NCBI RefSeq assembly: GCF_009914755.1
Contig: NC_060947.1
Length of the DNA stretch: 64,000 bases
Reading direction: 5' to 3' (one strand)
From: the human T2T-CHM13v2.0 reference genome, Homo sapiens
Positions 25,996-38,704 of this stretch are shown here, in pieces (the stretch's first letter is position 1; each line of letters starts with the position of its first letter). The translations under genes and the position numbers were made by a program. Under the pieces are notes generated by a model that made no database searches, was not told the DNA's origin, and saw only the letters and a program-made list of their open reading frames with translations.

Positions 25996-26206
25996 CCAAG
26001 AGAAAAATGAGGAAGAAGCAAAAGCGGAAACCCCTGATAAACCCATCAGATCTCGTGAGACTTATTCTTTATCATGAGAATAGCACGGGAAAGACTGGCC
26101 CCCAAGATTCAATTACCTCCCCCTGGGTCCCTCCCACAACACGTGGGAATTCTAGGAGATACAATTCAAGTTGAGATTTGGGTGGGGGCACAGCCAAACC
26201 ATATCA
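25996..26206 (-). mobile_element. Partial THE1 (THE1D-like) LTR in right palindrome arm
   Basis: Reverse complement of 24147-24357; ends CAGCCAAACCATATCA. Confidence 0.85.
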
Positions 26207-26548
26207 CTCAACAATAAGAAGAGAAGATACAATTAAGAAATAGACAAAGATTTGAACAGATACCTAGTCAGAAAGACATACAGATGGCAAATAAGCACAC
26301 CAAAATGTGTTCAAAATCATCCATTAGATAAATGCAAATTAATACCAAAATGAAATACCATTATACACCTGTTAAAACAACTAAAGAAAAGGCAAAACAA
26401 AACTGGCAATACCATCAGCTGGTGATAATACAGCAACTTGTATTCTGAATCATTGCTAATAAGAATAAAGAAGTTATAGATTTCTTCAAATATTTAAGAT
26501 GCACCTACCATATCGATCTAGCAATTCCACCCCTAATTTTTGCCGTAG

Positions 26549-26902
<354 letters not shown>

Positions 26903-27165
26903 CTACATGAATTTTTTATAGCATTTTATTCATAGTTGACCAAACTGGAAACTACCCAAGCAACTGTCCATCAACGGGTGCATGGATTAATAAATTATGG
27001 TACATCTATACAATGAAATACTGCTGAGCAATAGAAAGGAACAAACTATTAATACAGCAACAAGTGTGAATCTCGAGGGCATCAAACTGAATGAAAGAAG
27101 TATATGTCAAAATGTTAGATACTCTGATTTAATTTACATGATGTTATGTATAAGAGAAAATTCTG

Positions 27166-27462
27166 GGCCTGGCCCGGTGGCTCACACCTGTAATCCTGGC
27201 ACTTTGGGAGGCCAAGGCAAGCTGTTCACTTAAGGCCAGGAGTTTGAGGCCAGCCTGACCAACATGGCAAAACCCCGTCTCTATTAAAAATACAAAAATT
27301 AGCTGGGTGTGGTGGCAGGTGCCTGTAATCCCAGCTACTCTACTCAGAAGGCTGAGGCAGGAGAATTACTTGAACCCATGATGTGGAGAATGCAGTGAGC
27401 TGAGATTGTGACACTGCACTCCAGCCTGGGCAACAGTGCGAGACTGTCAAAAAAAAAAAAAA
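27166..27462 (+). mobile_element. Alu (AluS/J-like)
   Basis: GGCCTGGCCCGGTGGCTCACACCTGTAATCC..poly(A). Confidence 0.95.
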
Positions 27463-28959
27463 GAAAGGAAACCTCTAAGGAGGATAAATCAATGTCTTCC
27501 AGGATTTTAGGGGCTTGGGAAAGGCTTGGCTACATAGCAAAAACACCAGAGATTTTTTTTAGGTAGGATGGAAATGTTCAGAATTCGTATTGTGATAATG
27601 GTTACACACATCCACCCAGGTCTTAAATTCATTGTAAGTGTAAACAAACTGAATATAAACTTAAAGATAAATAACTATATATTTTGTGTGTATTTGAGTA
27701 TTGTGGTGACTGGTCGCACAGATATATACATTTGTTAATACTCATTGATTACTTAAAATAAGTAAATTCTTTTGCCATCAAATTATAGCTTAACAAAGTT
27801 GCATTTTAAAACTAATTCAAGAAATCTACAATGAAAAGTTCAAAATATTGCTTTTCAGACATTTCAATAAATTGAGAAAATAAAAATTGAGAAATACATT
27901 GCTGTTTATAGACTGGCAGGCTAAGTAATCTTAAGATGTCCACTTTCCTCAAACTGATCTACAGATGTAATCAAAACCCAGTCAATATCCCAACAGGCTT
28001 TTCTGTATAAATTAACATGATGAACCTAATAGTATGGAAATGCTTAGATCATCCAAAACAATACTGAGAAAAAAAGCAAAAGTTGGAGAATTTCAAGGCT
28101 GAAGACAAAACTGAAGTAACCAAAAAAGTTACTACAAATATTAACGGAAAGATAAACATACAGATAAATTTAAGAGAATAAAGCATTCAGAAATAAACTT
28201 AGATATAAATAAAGAATTGATTCTTAACCATAGACCTAGTATAATTCTATGGCAAAACGAAAATCTTTTTAACAAACATTGCTGGATAAACTAAATACCT
28301 GTATGGAAATGAATGAATCTTGACCCCTACCTAAATCATGAAAAAACATTAATTCAAAATGATTTTTAGACATAAAAGTAAAATCTAAGCCAACACCTCT
28401 AAAAGAAAACAGAAAATAAATCCTTTGCAACCATGGAATAGGCAAGGATCTCTGAGCATGGTGACAAAAGGTATTGCATACAAGAAAAATTGATTAACTG
28501 AACTTTTAAAGAATATTCTGCTTTTTAAATGACAGTGTAAGGAAAACAAAAATAGAAATGACAATCAGGGAGAATCATGCACAATACATATATCTGACTA
28601 ATGGATTATATAGAATGTAATCGAGAATCTTACAATATAATAGTACGAAGGTTGTTTTGGTGTGTGTGGTTCTATCATCATCTAGTTATTTATCGAACAG
28701 CTTTATTGAAATAGCATCGATATAAATATTGTTTATATTTAAGATGTACAAGTTGGTATTTAGATATGCGTATAAATTGTGAAATGATCACCACATTCCA
28801 GGACAGGAGGCTAGAAGTTGATACTGACACCTACACCAAGTAAGATATATGAATGGCTGTTAATCACATGAAAAATTACTCAGCATCATGATTCATCAGG
28901 GAAATGCCAATTGAAATCATAATGACATACTATTTTATACCAAATCCAATGGCTAAATT

Positions 28960-29186
28960 TTATTTTTCCATTATTTTATTTTATTTTAGATTCAGAGGGT
29001 AATGTGCAGGTTTGTTACATGGATATATTGCACAACGGGGAGGATGGGGCTTCTAGTGAACTCATCACGGAAATAGTGAACATAGTACCCAATAGGTGAT
29101 TATTCAACCCTAGCCCTCTTCCCACCCTCCCCACTTTTGAAGTCCCAGTGGCTATTATTTCCATTCTTATTTCCATGTGTACCCAT
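28960..29186 (-). mobile_element. L1PB/old L1PA 3' end
   Basis: GTGCAGGTTTGTTACATGGATATATTGC..CATAGTACCCAATAGGT; imperfect flanking repeat A(A/G)TGG(C/A)TAAATTT. Confidence 0.8.
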
Positions 29187-30339
29187 AGTGGATAAATTTT
29201 TAAAGACTGAAACTACCACATGATGGCAAGACTGTGGGACAACTGGAAATCTCATACATTACTTAAAGAAGTATAAAATGGTATGACTACTGTGGAGCTG
29301 GAATTTTCTTATAAAGTTACATGTACATTTAACATATGATGCAGCATTTCTACTCCTAGGTATTTTGCAGCAGACTTGTACAAGAGTCTGTCAAACTAAT
29401 AGTATTATTCTTCATTAAGGCATGAAGATAATGATAAATGATAAATAAATATTTTCAACAAACAGATTAGAAATTGTCAAATATTCATAACAATAAAACA
29501 CTACTATACAATGAATAGGAATGAACTACTGATAATGGAATGAAATCTGAAAATGTGCTGAATAAAAATAACAGACACATATAAGCATATACCATTTTAG
29601 TCTATATATACCAAAGTTCTAAGACAGATAAAACTAATAAAACTACTTATAGTGATATAAGTGAAACCAATGGTTTCCTCAGGTGGAGATTTAGAAGGAG
29701 ATAAAATACAAAGTTGCAGGAATGCACTTTTTTGGGTAATGGGAACTTTCTATAGCTCAATTGTACCTCCAGTATACATTTATCAAAATTCATTGATACA
29801 TTGATTGCAAAACCAAGTGTGATATATTTTACATAGATTATACCTCAAAACGTTGATTTTAAAAAAAAGGAGTGATGTAATGCAGAACATCACAAGAAAA
29901 TGTTAAATGAAATGCAGAGCTACATTCACAACATTTGATAAAGAGTTAAACATATAAAGCAAAAGGCAGCATCAAGGCATAGAATGGATGGCAAAGAAGT
30001 CCAAGTTTATCCCAGAGCATCCATGGGCCAATGGTAAATTAGGATTCAGATTAGACATAACAGCTTACAATTGCTAATTTCTTGTGAGATAACTAAATAT
30101 GTTTACAACTTTCATGGAACAAAGCATGAAATTTATTGGGATGCCTCAATTCTTCAAGATAAAACCATAAATATTAAAATGACCAATGGATAGATTTTTT
30201 TAAGTCAACTCCCATAATAATCATAGAAACACAAATATAAATAAACATGGGATTCCACTTTGTTCACATCTTCTGCCTGACAAACTGAGAAAAGGATAAG
30301 ATGATACATCATTGTAAAGAATCTGTAGAAAAGGACACT

Positions 30340-30418
30340 GTTCAGCATGTGCCCAAGGTCACATACCTAGTAAGTGGTGGAGAAAATATTGGAACCCAAG
30401 TCTACCTGACTCAGAGAT
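30340..30418. mobile_element. MIR fragment
   Basis: TGCCCAAGGTCACATACCTAGTAAGTGGTGGAG..GAACCCAAGTCTACCTGACTC. Confidence 0.7.
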
Positions 30419-30604
30419 AGACAGTGTCCTCTCTTCACCAGTCTTCATCTCCTCCTCCGCTTGAAATTCTATTTTCATTATAGAAGATAAAATGCCAGGC
30501 ATTACTATGCTTCATAGTTTATCATGAACTGTATTTGAAAATATCAATAGTGTAATTCTGTCTATCTTTCTCTGCTCTCTCTCTCTGTCTCTGTCAGTCT
30601 GTCT

Positions 30605-30810
30605 TTATACGTATATGCAAATGTAGACACAAACATAGGCATACATATATAAACATACATGCATGTATACAAACATATGTAAATACACACATATATACAC
30701 ATATAAAGAGATGATATACACATATATGTGAATGTGTATACATATAGATGTATATATACACACACAGAGACAGATGCATACACCACACACACATGCATAT
30801 ATTAGATATA
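30605..30810. repeat. Degenerate (TA/CA)n low-complexity tract
   Basis: Alternating purine-pyrimidine ATAC/ATAT/ATGT run. Confidence 0.8.
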
Positions 30811-31390
30811 AATGTCAAAGCCAAAACTACAGAGTGCATTTTAATGTGACATTGAAACTAGATTCAGTCAATGACAGTCACAATATATGTATGAAGCTTT
30901 TTTGAGTGCCTAGAAAGTTTCATCAAATTTAGTAAAGACAAGTAAAGAGGACATTATCTGTGTACCCAAATAGTATCATATTTTTATCAGTTTTACTGTG
31001 TTTTCTTTTTTTCTCCACAAATGCAATCATTTAATACAGTCCATTCTGGAATATGCCTTTACCATACTACTTGATATTATTTCATATCCCTTCCCTACAG
31101 AGGAATATGAATACTTACACTCCCTTCAACCTCATTTTCTTAACATCTGTATTAGCATTCTATTGTATGTATGTAATATATGTATGTAATTATTATAGTA
31201 CCTAAGACCTCAAATTCTCAGAGGTTCTTGGGTGTTCTCTAACATCAAATACCTCAGTATTTTACTAACCCACTTTTCCCTAGCAGCTAAGTTAGAAAAG
31301 ACAATTCACAACAAAAAGGAAAAAATACAATTAGCAAAACCACTAAATAACTTCACAGTCAAATTAGATTGGTCAAGAAATAAAATTTCC

Positions 31391-31920
<530 letters not shown>

Positions 31921-32112
31921 TTATCTCCACTATCTGATTAAACCACTTGATATCTGGTTAAAAAATGAAATGTCTGGGATAAAAGTTAGATTTCAGTTCT
32001 CAGACCTACAGAAATGCCTTCTGAGTCAACGTGCAGAAGCAGTTAGGTAATAATCTCTCTGTCCTTTGCCCCACTGTCAACTTTATGCTTTATGCCTTAA
32101 GCCTAAATGCAT

Positions 32113-32113
<1 letters not shown>

Positions 32114-32153
<40 letters not shown>
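32114..32153. repeat. (CA)n microsatellite
   Basis: ~20 CA units. Confidence 0.97.
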
Positions 32154-32155
<2 letters not shown>

Positions 32156-35100
32156 AATTCTAGGTGACAAATTCCTTTTGTAAGGTTTTGGTTTTTTGAA
32201 GGCCTTTCTCATTTTGTGGTTTGTGGTTACTAACAAATAACACTTAAATGGCAAATATTAACTAAAGTACATAAAATATCTTATTTCCAAAAGAAAAATT
32301 TACACAAGGTTTTGACATTCAAAATAACCCTAGGTGCACAAATACTTGCACAATTCATACCACCAAATTTTTCGCAATTAAAGCTTCTATTTGCAAGCAC
32401 TCCTAAAACAAACCATTTTCAAAAGAATGTTTCCAGACATAAATCATCTTACTATTAGAAGAACAAGCATGCTTGAAAGAAATCCCAATATATTATTTCT
32501 AGTTTTGACTGCAACATATTACTTAAACTTTATAATGAATCCTCTGTTTCAATATACATTCTATTTACAAAACTCTTATTTCTACCACCAGTTTAGCAGG
32601 CCAACTTCCTCTTAAAGATCTTAATTTATCTCCCCAGTTTCAATGACCCTGACATGGATGAGAATTGCAAAATTCCTGTAACTGTAATTACTGAATGGTC
32701 TTTTGAGATAAAAAGGCAAGAGTCATTTCATCCTTTGCCAAAGTTAAGACATTCATTATCACTTCTAGGTGGGTGAGATAGGTATGTAATTGTATCACCT
32801 ATTGACAGTCCTTACTGGTGGTCAAGACACAGGGTATCCCATGATCATAAAGAGATGTTTACAAGGTTATTCACTGTATTATTTTCTATAATAACAATAA
32901 AATGTTCCTTCATAAAATGAAAGTGCGTATCAAAGTGTAAAAGAATAAAAATCTATGGTCTACCCAGAAAGTGAATTATTATGTAACAATTAAAAAGAAT
33001 GAGGCTTATGTAAATATAACTAATGGCAAGACAACTCAAGTGAAAATAAGATTGTAAATCAATAAGTGCTAAATTATATCCTTTGTTTAAAACTCACAGA
33101 TACATATAAAGAAATATATACATTTTTGTAGTGCACAAAGTCATGTTAATGCACATAACAAAGGTCTTGAATTATATCCCATAATGTGATGATGAAGTAA
33201 CATATGAAGTCAGGGAGAATGAGGATGGTGATAGATGATGAAACAGGATTTTAGTATTTCTATAATATTTAAAATATTTATAAGGCAAATGCAATTATTG
33301 TTCAAATATTCTATTAAACATTATTTTAAAAACTTCTAAAGAGAAAGAAAATAGAGCATATGTGACCAATAACAAGATAAATATAGCAAAGTCTATATAA
33401 GAAATAGTATAATTTATGACAAATAGCTTTCCAAGGAACTTAGAGGGAAATTTCATCCCAGTTAAATAACTAGTCATCATACGCACTTAAGTACATGACA
33501 GCATAATTTTGAAATCTATAAAGCAAAATAGGCTAGAAGTACATGGTAAATAAATCCAAATGGAAATTCCACAACTAAAAGGAACATTTAGTGAAAGTAA
33601 GAAAGAGAGAAGCAATTCTGGGATGGTAGAGTAAGGACCTCCAAAAAGCAATGAGAACACTGGAAAAAAATTGTCAAAATCAACTTTTAAGCACTCTCCA
33701 AATGAACCAAAGGCTTTCAATCATCCAAAAAGCATTTGTTTAAGAAAAACTGGCAAATATTACTATGAACAGCAAGCTTTGTTGCATTTCAACTTGGCCT
33801 AATCTGACCGTCATCCAAGATCTGTGGTAGCCTTCAGAACCAACAGCTTTGCATTTATGTTACCTGAGAAACCTGTAGCCTGGCAACCAGTGGAAGAGCA
33901 AAACAGGTTTGGATCTCCCTTACAATTCTAACCTCAGAGAATTATTATTTGACCCATCTGGCAGCTCTCTGAAATGCTCCACTTGCAGACATGACTTCAT
34001 TTTATCTCACTGAAGCATCTATTTTGTGTAAACTGGCCTGCCCTTAGCACATTTGAAAAAAACATTCAGCAGCAATTGTTTAACATTGCAGCTTCCGGAG
34101 GTGGTAATACAATATCAGTGAGGACTAACAGGAAGCGTCAAAAAACCTTAAAATGAAAAAGTGACAAAATAAATTTCCACAGAATGTTTTGAAAAGTTCC
34201 AATATAAATGAGATCTGAAAGGCCATAAGCATGTGCAGAACTGTGTGCATACTCAGGAAATAGCTGAGAAGGCCCTAAGCTCTCATCTATCACTGATATT
34301 GAGGCTCTGCACATGCAGAAAATGAAAGCTTAGGCATGGTAATAGACTGCCTGAGTGTTAAAGGCATCCCGAAATATACACACAAAGAACCTAGGTAAAT
34401 CCTAAAAGATTTATTGGTTCAAGCCACTTAATGAAGTCTCTGTCTAATCATTAGCTGATCATTATTAGAGAATTCAGTGGCCACAGATGACAAAGTATCC
34501 AGGCTTTAAAGAATTATTTGAGTAAAGTTACTATGTAAGAAAACAAGAACAAAAACAAGAACAGACAACAACAAATTTGGGGAGGGAGACGTAATCTCAT
34601 TTCCAGAGTTGCCACATCCTATTGTTTAAAAGGTCCAACTAAAACAATAACAACAACAAAACTATAAAATATGCAAAGAACCAAGAAAGCATGGCTCATG
34701 AACAACGAAACAAGTCAGTAGAAACTGTTCCTGCTGAAGCCCAGACACTGGGTTTATCAAAGAGTTTAAATCAATTATTATAAATATGTTCAAATAGTTA
34801 AAGGAAAGAACAATATTTCACCAAATAGAGACTAGAAAGAGACATTATTTAAAAAGGAAAAATCAGAATTCTGGATTCAAAAAGTACAGTAACCGACATG
34901 AAAAATTTCCCATTGGGGCTCAATAGCAGATTTGCTAGCAAAAGAAAGAACCATTAAATTTGAAGGTAGGTCACTTGAGATTATCCAGACAGAAGAACAG
35001 GGGGGAAAAGGAATGAGGAAAATTGTAGATGCCGAAACCTATGGGGCAAAAATAAGGCATTCTTAGAAGGAGAGGAAAGAGAGGACGGGGCAGAAAGAGT

Positions 35101-37348
35101 GTGTAAGAAATAATGGCCAAAACTCACAAATTAATAGAAAAAACATTATCCTATGCATTCAAGAAGTTCAATGTCATACTAGTGGGGTAAACTCAGAGGA
35201 GACACAACTAGGCACAATATAATCAAACTTTCAAAGCCCAAGACAAAGAGATCTAGAAAGCAACAAGGGGAATACACTTATCACATATAAAAGATTCTCA
35301 ATAAGATCAATAGCTGACTTCCCATCAACCACCATGGAGGCACAAAGGCAGTGGGATGATATATTTTAGGTTTTGAAAGAAAAAAATTGTCAGCCACAAT
35401 TCTGTCTATAAAAACCATTTTTCAAATTTGAAGAAGGATTAAGATTTTACTGAAAAAAAAAAACAGAGATTCTGTCACTAGCAGACCTGTCCTACAAGCA
35501 GTATTAAAGGGAGTATTTCAGGCTGAAATGCAAGGACACTGGACAGTAACTCTACATAAAATGATAAAGAGTACCAGAAAATGTAAATGGATAGGTAAAT
35601 GTAAAGACGGTGTAGGTGAATTTCTGTTTGTTTCTGTATTTTTTCCTGTCTGATTTAAAAGACATCATAGAAAACAATAATTATTAAAATGCACTGATGG
35701 GCTTATAATATGTAAGGATGAAATTTATATGACAATAATAGCCCAAAGAAAGAAGGAGAAAATGCTAATAGTTACAAAAATTTTGTTTTCTATTGAAATT
35801 GAGTTGGTTCTTAATCCATCCTAGATTGTTTTAAGCTAAAATGCCAATTGCAAATCCTAGGGCAACCAATAAGAAAATAACAAAAATATAGTGAAACTGA
35901 CAATAAGGCAATTATAATAGTATAGTAAAACTATGTGTTTAACATAAAATAAGGAACTAATGAAGAAATGGAGGAAAAAAAAGACATAAAACATATGGTA
36001 AAGAAATATCCAAATATCACACATAAATCCTATCTTATCAGTAATTGCATTTAATGTAAATAGACTGTCCTCTAATCAAAAGACAAATTTGTAGAATAGA
36101 TTTTTAAAACCACAATTCAATTATTTTGTCTGCGTGGGACACATTTCAGTTTCAAAATAGATTGACAGTAAAAGGATGGAAAATATATATACCATAGAAA
36201 GAGCAACCAAAGGTGAATTTGCTACCATATCATACAAAACAGACCTTAAGATACAGTTATCGAACAGAGATGAAGAAAGACAGTTCATGATTAAAGGGTC
36301 AATTCACAGGAATGAGATAACAAATATAAATATATGTACCAAAGAACAGAGTATCAAAATGTCTGAAACAAAAAGTGATACAACTGAAGAAAAAAAAATA
36401 CGCAATTCAACAATAATAGTTGGAGACTTCAACAGTTTACTTTCACAAATGGATGGAACAACTAGGCAGAAGATGAAACAGAAATTAGAATATTTGAACA
36501 TCATTATGAACGAGTTGGATCTATAGACATCTAGAACAATCTACTCAACAACATAATACACATTCTTCTCAAATGGACATGGAATATTCTCCAGAATAGA
36601 CCTTATATTAGGCTGTAAAACAAGCATCAATAAACTTAAAATGTTTTAAATCATACTAAGTAATTTTTCTGAAGGCAATGGAATGACAGTATGAATCAAT
36701 AAAAGTAAGATGTGGAAAATTCATACAAATTAAACAACATAATCCTAAATAACCTATGAATCACAGAAAAACTTTCATTAGAAATTAGAAAATAATTATA
36801 TATGAATGAAAGGAAAACTTATCAAAACTTATAAGATGTAAATATACCCAAAGTCAGCCCAAGAAATAGAATAATAAAGATAAGAGTAGTAATATGTAAA
36901 ATAGATACTAGAAAAAGAATACAGAGACTCAGTGACAAAAAGGTTTTGTTCTTTAAAGTTCAACAAAAGATACAAATCTTTAGCTAGATTGACCAAGGAA
37001 AAACTTGAGGAAAATTGAATTTAAAACATCAGAAATAAAAGAAGGAATATCATTACTGATGCCACAAAATTAAAAAGGACTACAAGGGAGTACTATGAAA
37101 AATTGTATGCCAACAAATTATATCTCCTAAATGAAATGTGCAAATTACTTGGAAGACACAAAGTACCAAAATCGACTAAAAAATAAATAGAAAATCTGAA
37201 CAGACCTGTAACAGAGGATTGAATTACTAATCAAAAAGCTTCCCACAAAGAAAAACCCAGGTCCCAATGGCTTCACTAGGTAATTCTACTCTACATTTAA
37301 ATAAAGCTTAACATCAATCTTTTACAACTCTTTCAAAAAATAGGAGGA

Positions 37349-37565
37349 GGCCCCGTGCCGTGGCTCACGCCTGTAATCCCAGCACTTTGGGAGGGTGAGG
37401 CGGGCAGATCACAAGGTCAGGAGATCGAGACCATCCTACTCGGGAGGCTGAGGCAGGAGAATGGCGTGAACCCAGGAGGCGGAGCTTGCAGGGAGCCCAG
37501 ATCATGCCACTGCACTACAACCTGGGCGACAGAGCAAGACTATGTCTCAAAAAAAAAAAAAAAAA
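37349..37565 (+). mobile_element. AluY with an internal deletion
   Basis: GAGATCGAGACCATCCT joined directly to ACTCGGGAGGCTGAGG; AATGGCGTGAACC; imperfect TSD AAAAATAGGAGGA / AAAATTAGGAAGA. Confidence 0.92.
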
Positions 37566-37810
37566 TTAGGAAGAAATATTCCTTAACTCATACTATGAAG
37601 CCAATAATATTACCCTGATACCAAAGACAAAGATATAACATGAAAAGACCTACAGCTCAAAACCCCCTATGAATACAGACACAAAAATCATGAACAAAAT
37701 ATTATCAGTACTCATCAAGCAACATATGAAAATGATTATGCACTATAACTATGTGGAATTTATTTTAAGAATGCAACATCAATTAACATATGAAAATCAG
37801 TCAGTGCAAT

Positions 37811-38354
37811 TGTTGGGAAAGGGAGTCATGCCCAATCTGTCAACCCCCACTTGGCTGCATAAGAATGAGCTTTGGGCCTGGAACATTTCCTTATTGGAAG
37901 ATGAAGAATCTTCACAGCCTATGCTGGGCTTATCATCTAATGAGGAGATATCTTTCCCTCTTCTGACCTTGATGTGTACTCTTTTTCTGCTTAAGTGTAT
38001 GCCTGAGTGTCCCTAAGGCATGCCCTCAGTTTTCTGCATCTCAGACCCCACAAGGGAGGGGATAGGGGTCCTTCCACTGCAGCATGAAATGGGATACATG
38101 AAGTCACAGTGCCTGAGTTGGCTGCCTAACTGACCCACTAGCCATAGGAACTAACATATTAACAGTGACTGGAACTTGTGTGTACCCCCTCGCTCTTCTT
38201 GCTATAAGAAACACTATATCACTTGAGCCTGATGTGCATAATACTACTCTCAGCAACCTCAAATAGTTCACTAGTTCCTTCCCCAGTTGGCACTTATCCA
38301 CCTTTTAATATTGGCCACCCTCATGTTATATTCTATCCCGTGGCACAGTTTAAC
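37811..38354 (+). mobile_element. ERVL-type solo LTR (MER70-like) inserted in L1 ORF2
   Basis: Starts TGTTGGGAAAGG; GC-richer block that interrupts colinear L1 ORF2 sequence; family name from memory. Confidence 0.6.
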
Positions 38355-38704
38355 AACCCAATAAATAGTGAAATAGTAATGCACCATATTCATAGCCTAA
38401 AGAACAAAAATTACGTAATGATCTCAATAGATGCAGAAAGAACTATTTGACAAAAATCAAACCACTTTTCATAAGAAATACATTCAACAAACTAAGAATA
38501 GAAGGGAAATTTCTTACTTCTTAAATAGCATCTATGAAAACCCCTCCCTTATCATACTTAATGGTAAAAAAAAAAAAAAAACGGAAAGATTTTCCCCAAG
38601 TTCAAGAACAGAAAATGATGTCTGCTTTTGCCACTTCTATTCAAAATTGTACTGGAGGTTTAAGTAAGCACAATTAAGCAGGAAACGTAAATAAAGACAT
38701 GCAG

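Larger units (their letters stand above)
24020..26333. repeat. ~2.3 kb AT-rich palindrome / inverted duplication
   Basis: 24020-24420 is the reverse complement of 25933-26333 with 4 mismatches and no indels by manual alignment (24145/26208, 24186/26167, 24267/26086, 24399/25954); arms continue inward as inverted 32-bp arrays. Confidence 0.97.
33610..38700 (+). mobile_element. Old L1M element: 5' region, ORF1 and ORF2 endonuclease/RT remnants
   Basis: ORF2 start LSVIAFNVN near 36033; ORF track MIKGSIHRNEITNINI..STIIVGDFNSLLSQMD (36176-36526), MNTDTKIMNKIL (37669), YVMISIDAE (~38410-38437); ORF1-like A-rich region ~34780-35560. Confidence 0.85.

Noticed and set aside
25187-26046. Tyr/Ile/His-rich ORFs in several frames
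   Set aside because: Translation artefacts of AT-rich tandem repeats (likewise 30562-30839)
24185-26174. Pair of near-identical ORFs MEMIEEEASAKRK.. on opposite strands (24185-24385, 25968-26174)
   Set aside because: Simply the two palindrome arms (L1 fragment plus THE1 LTR); no coding evidence
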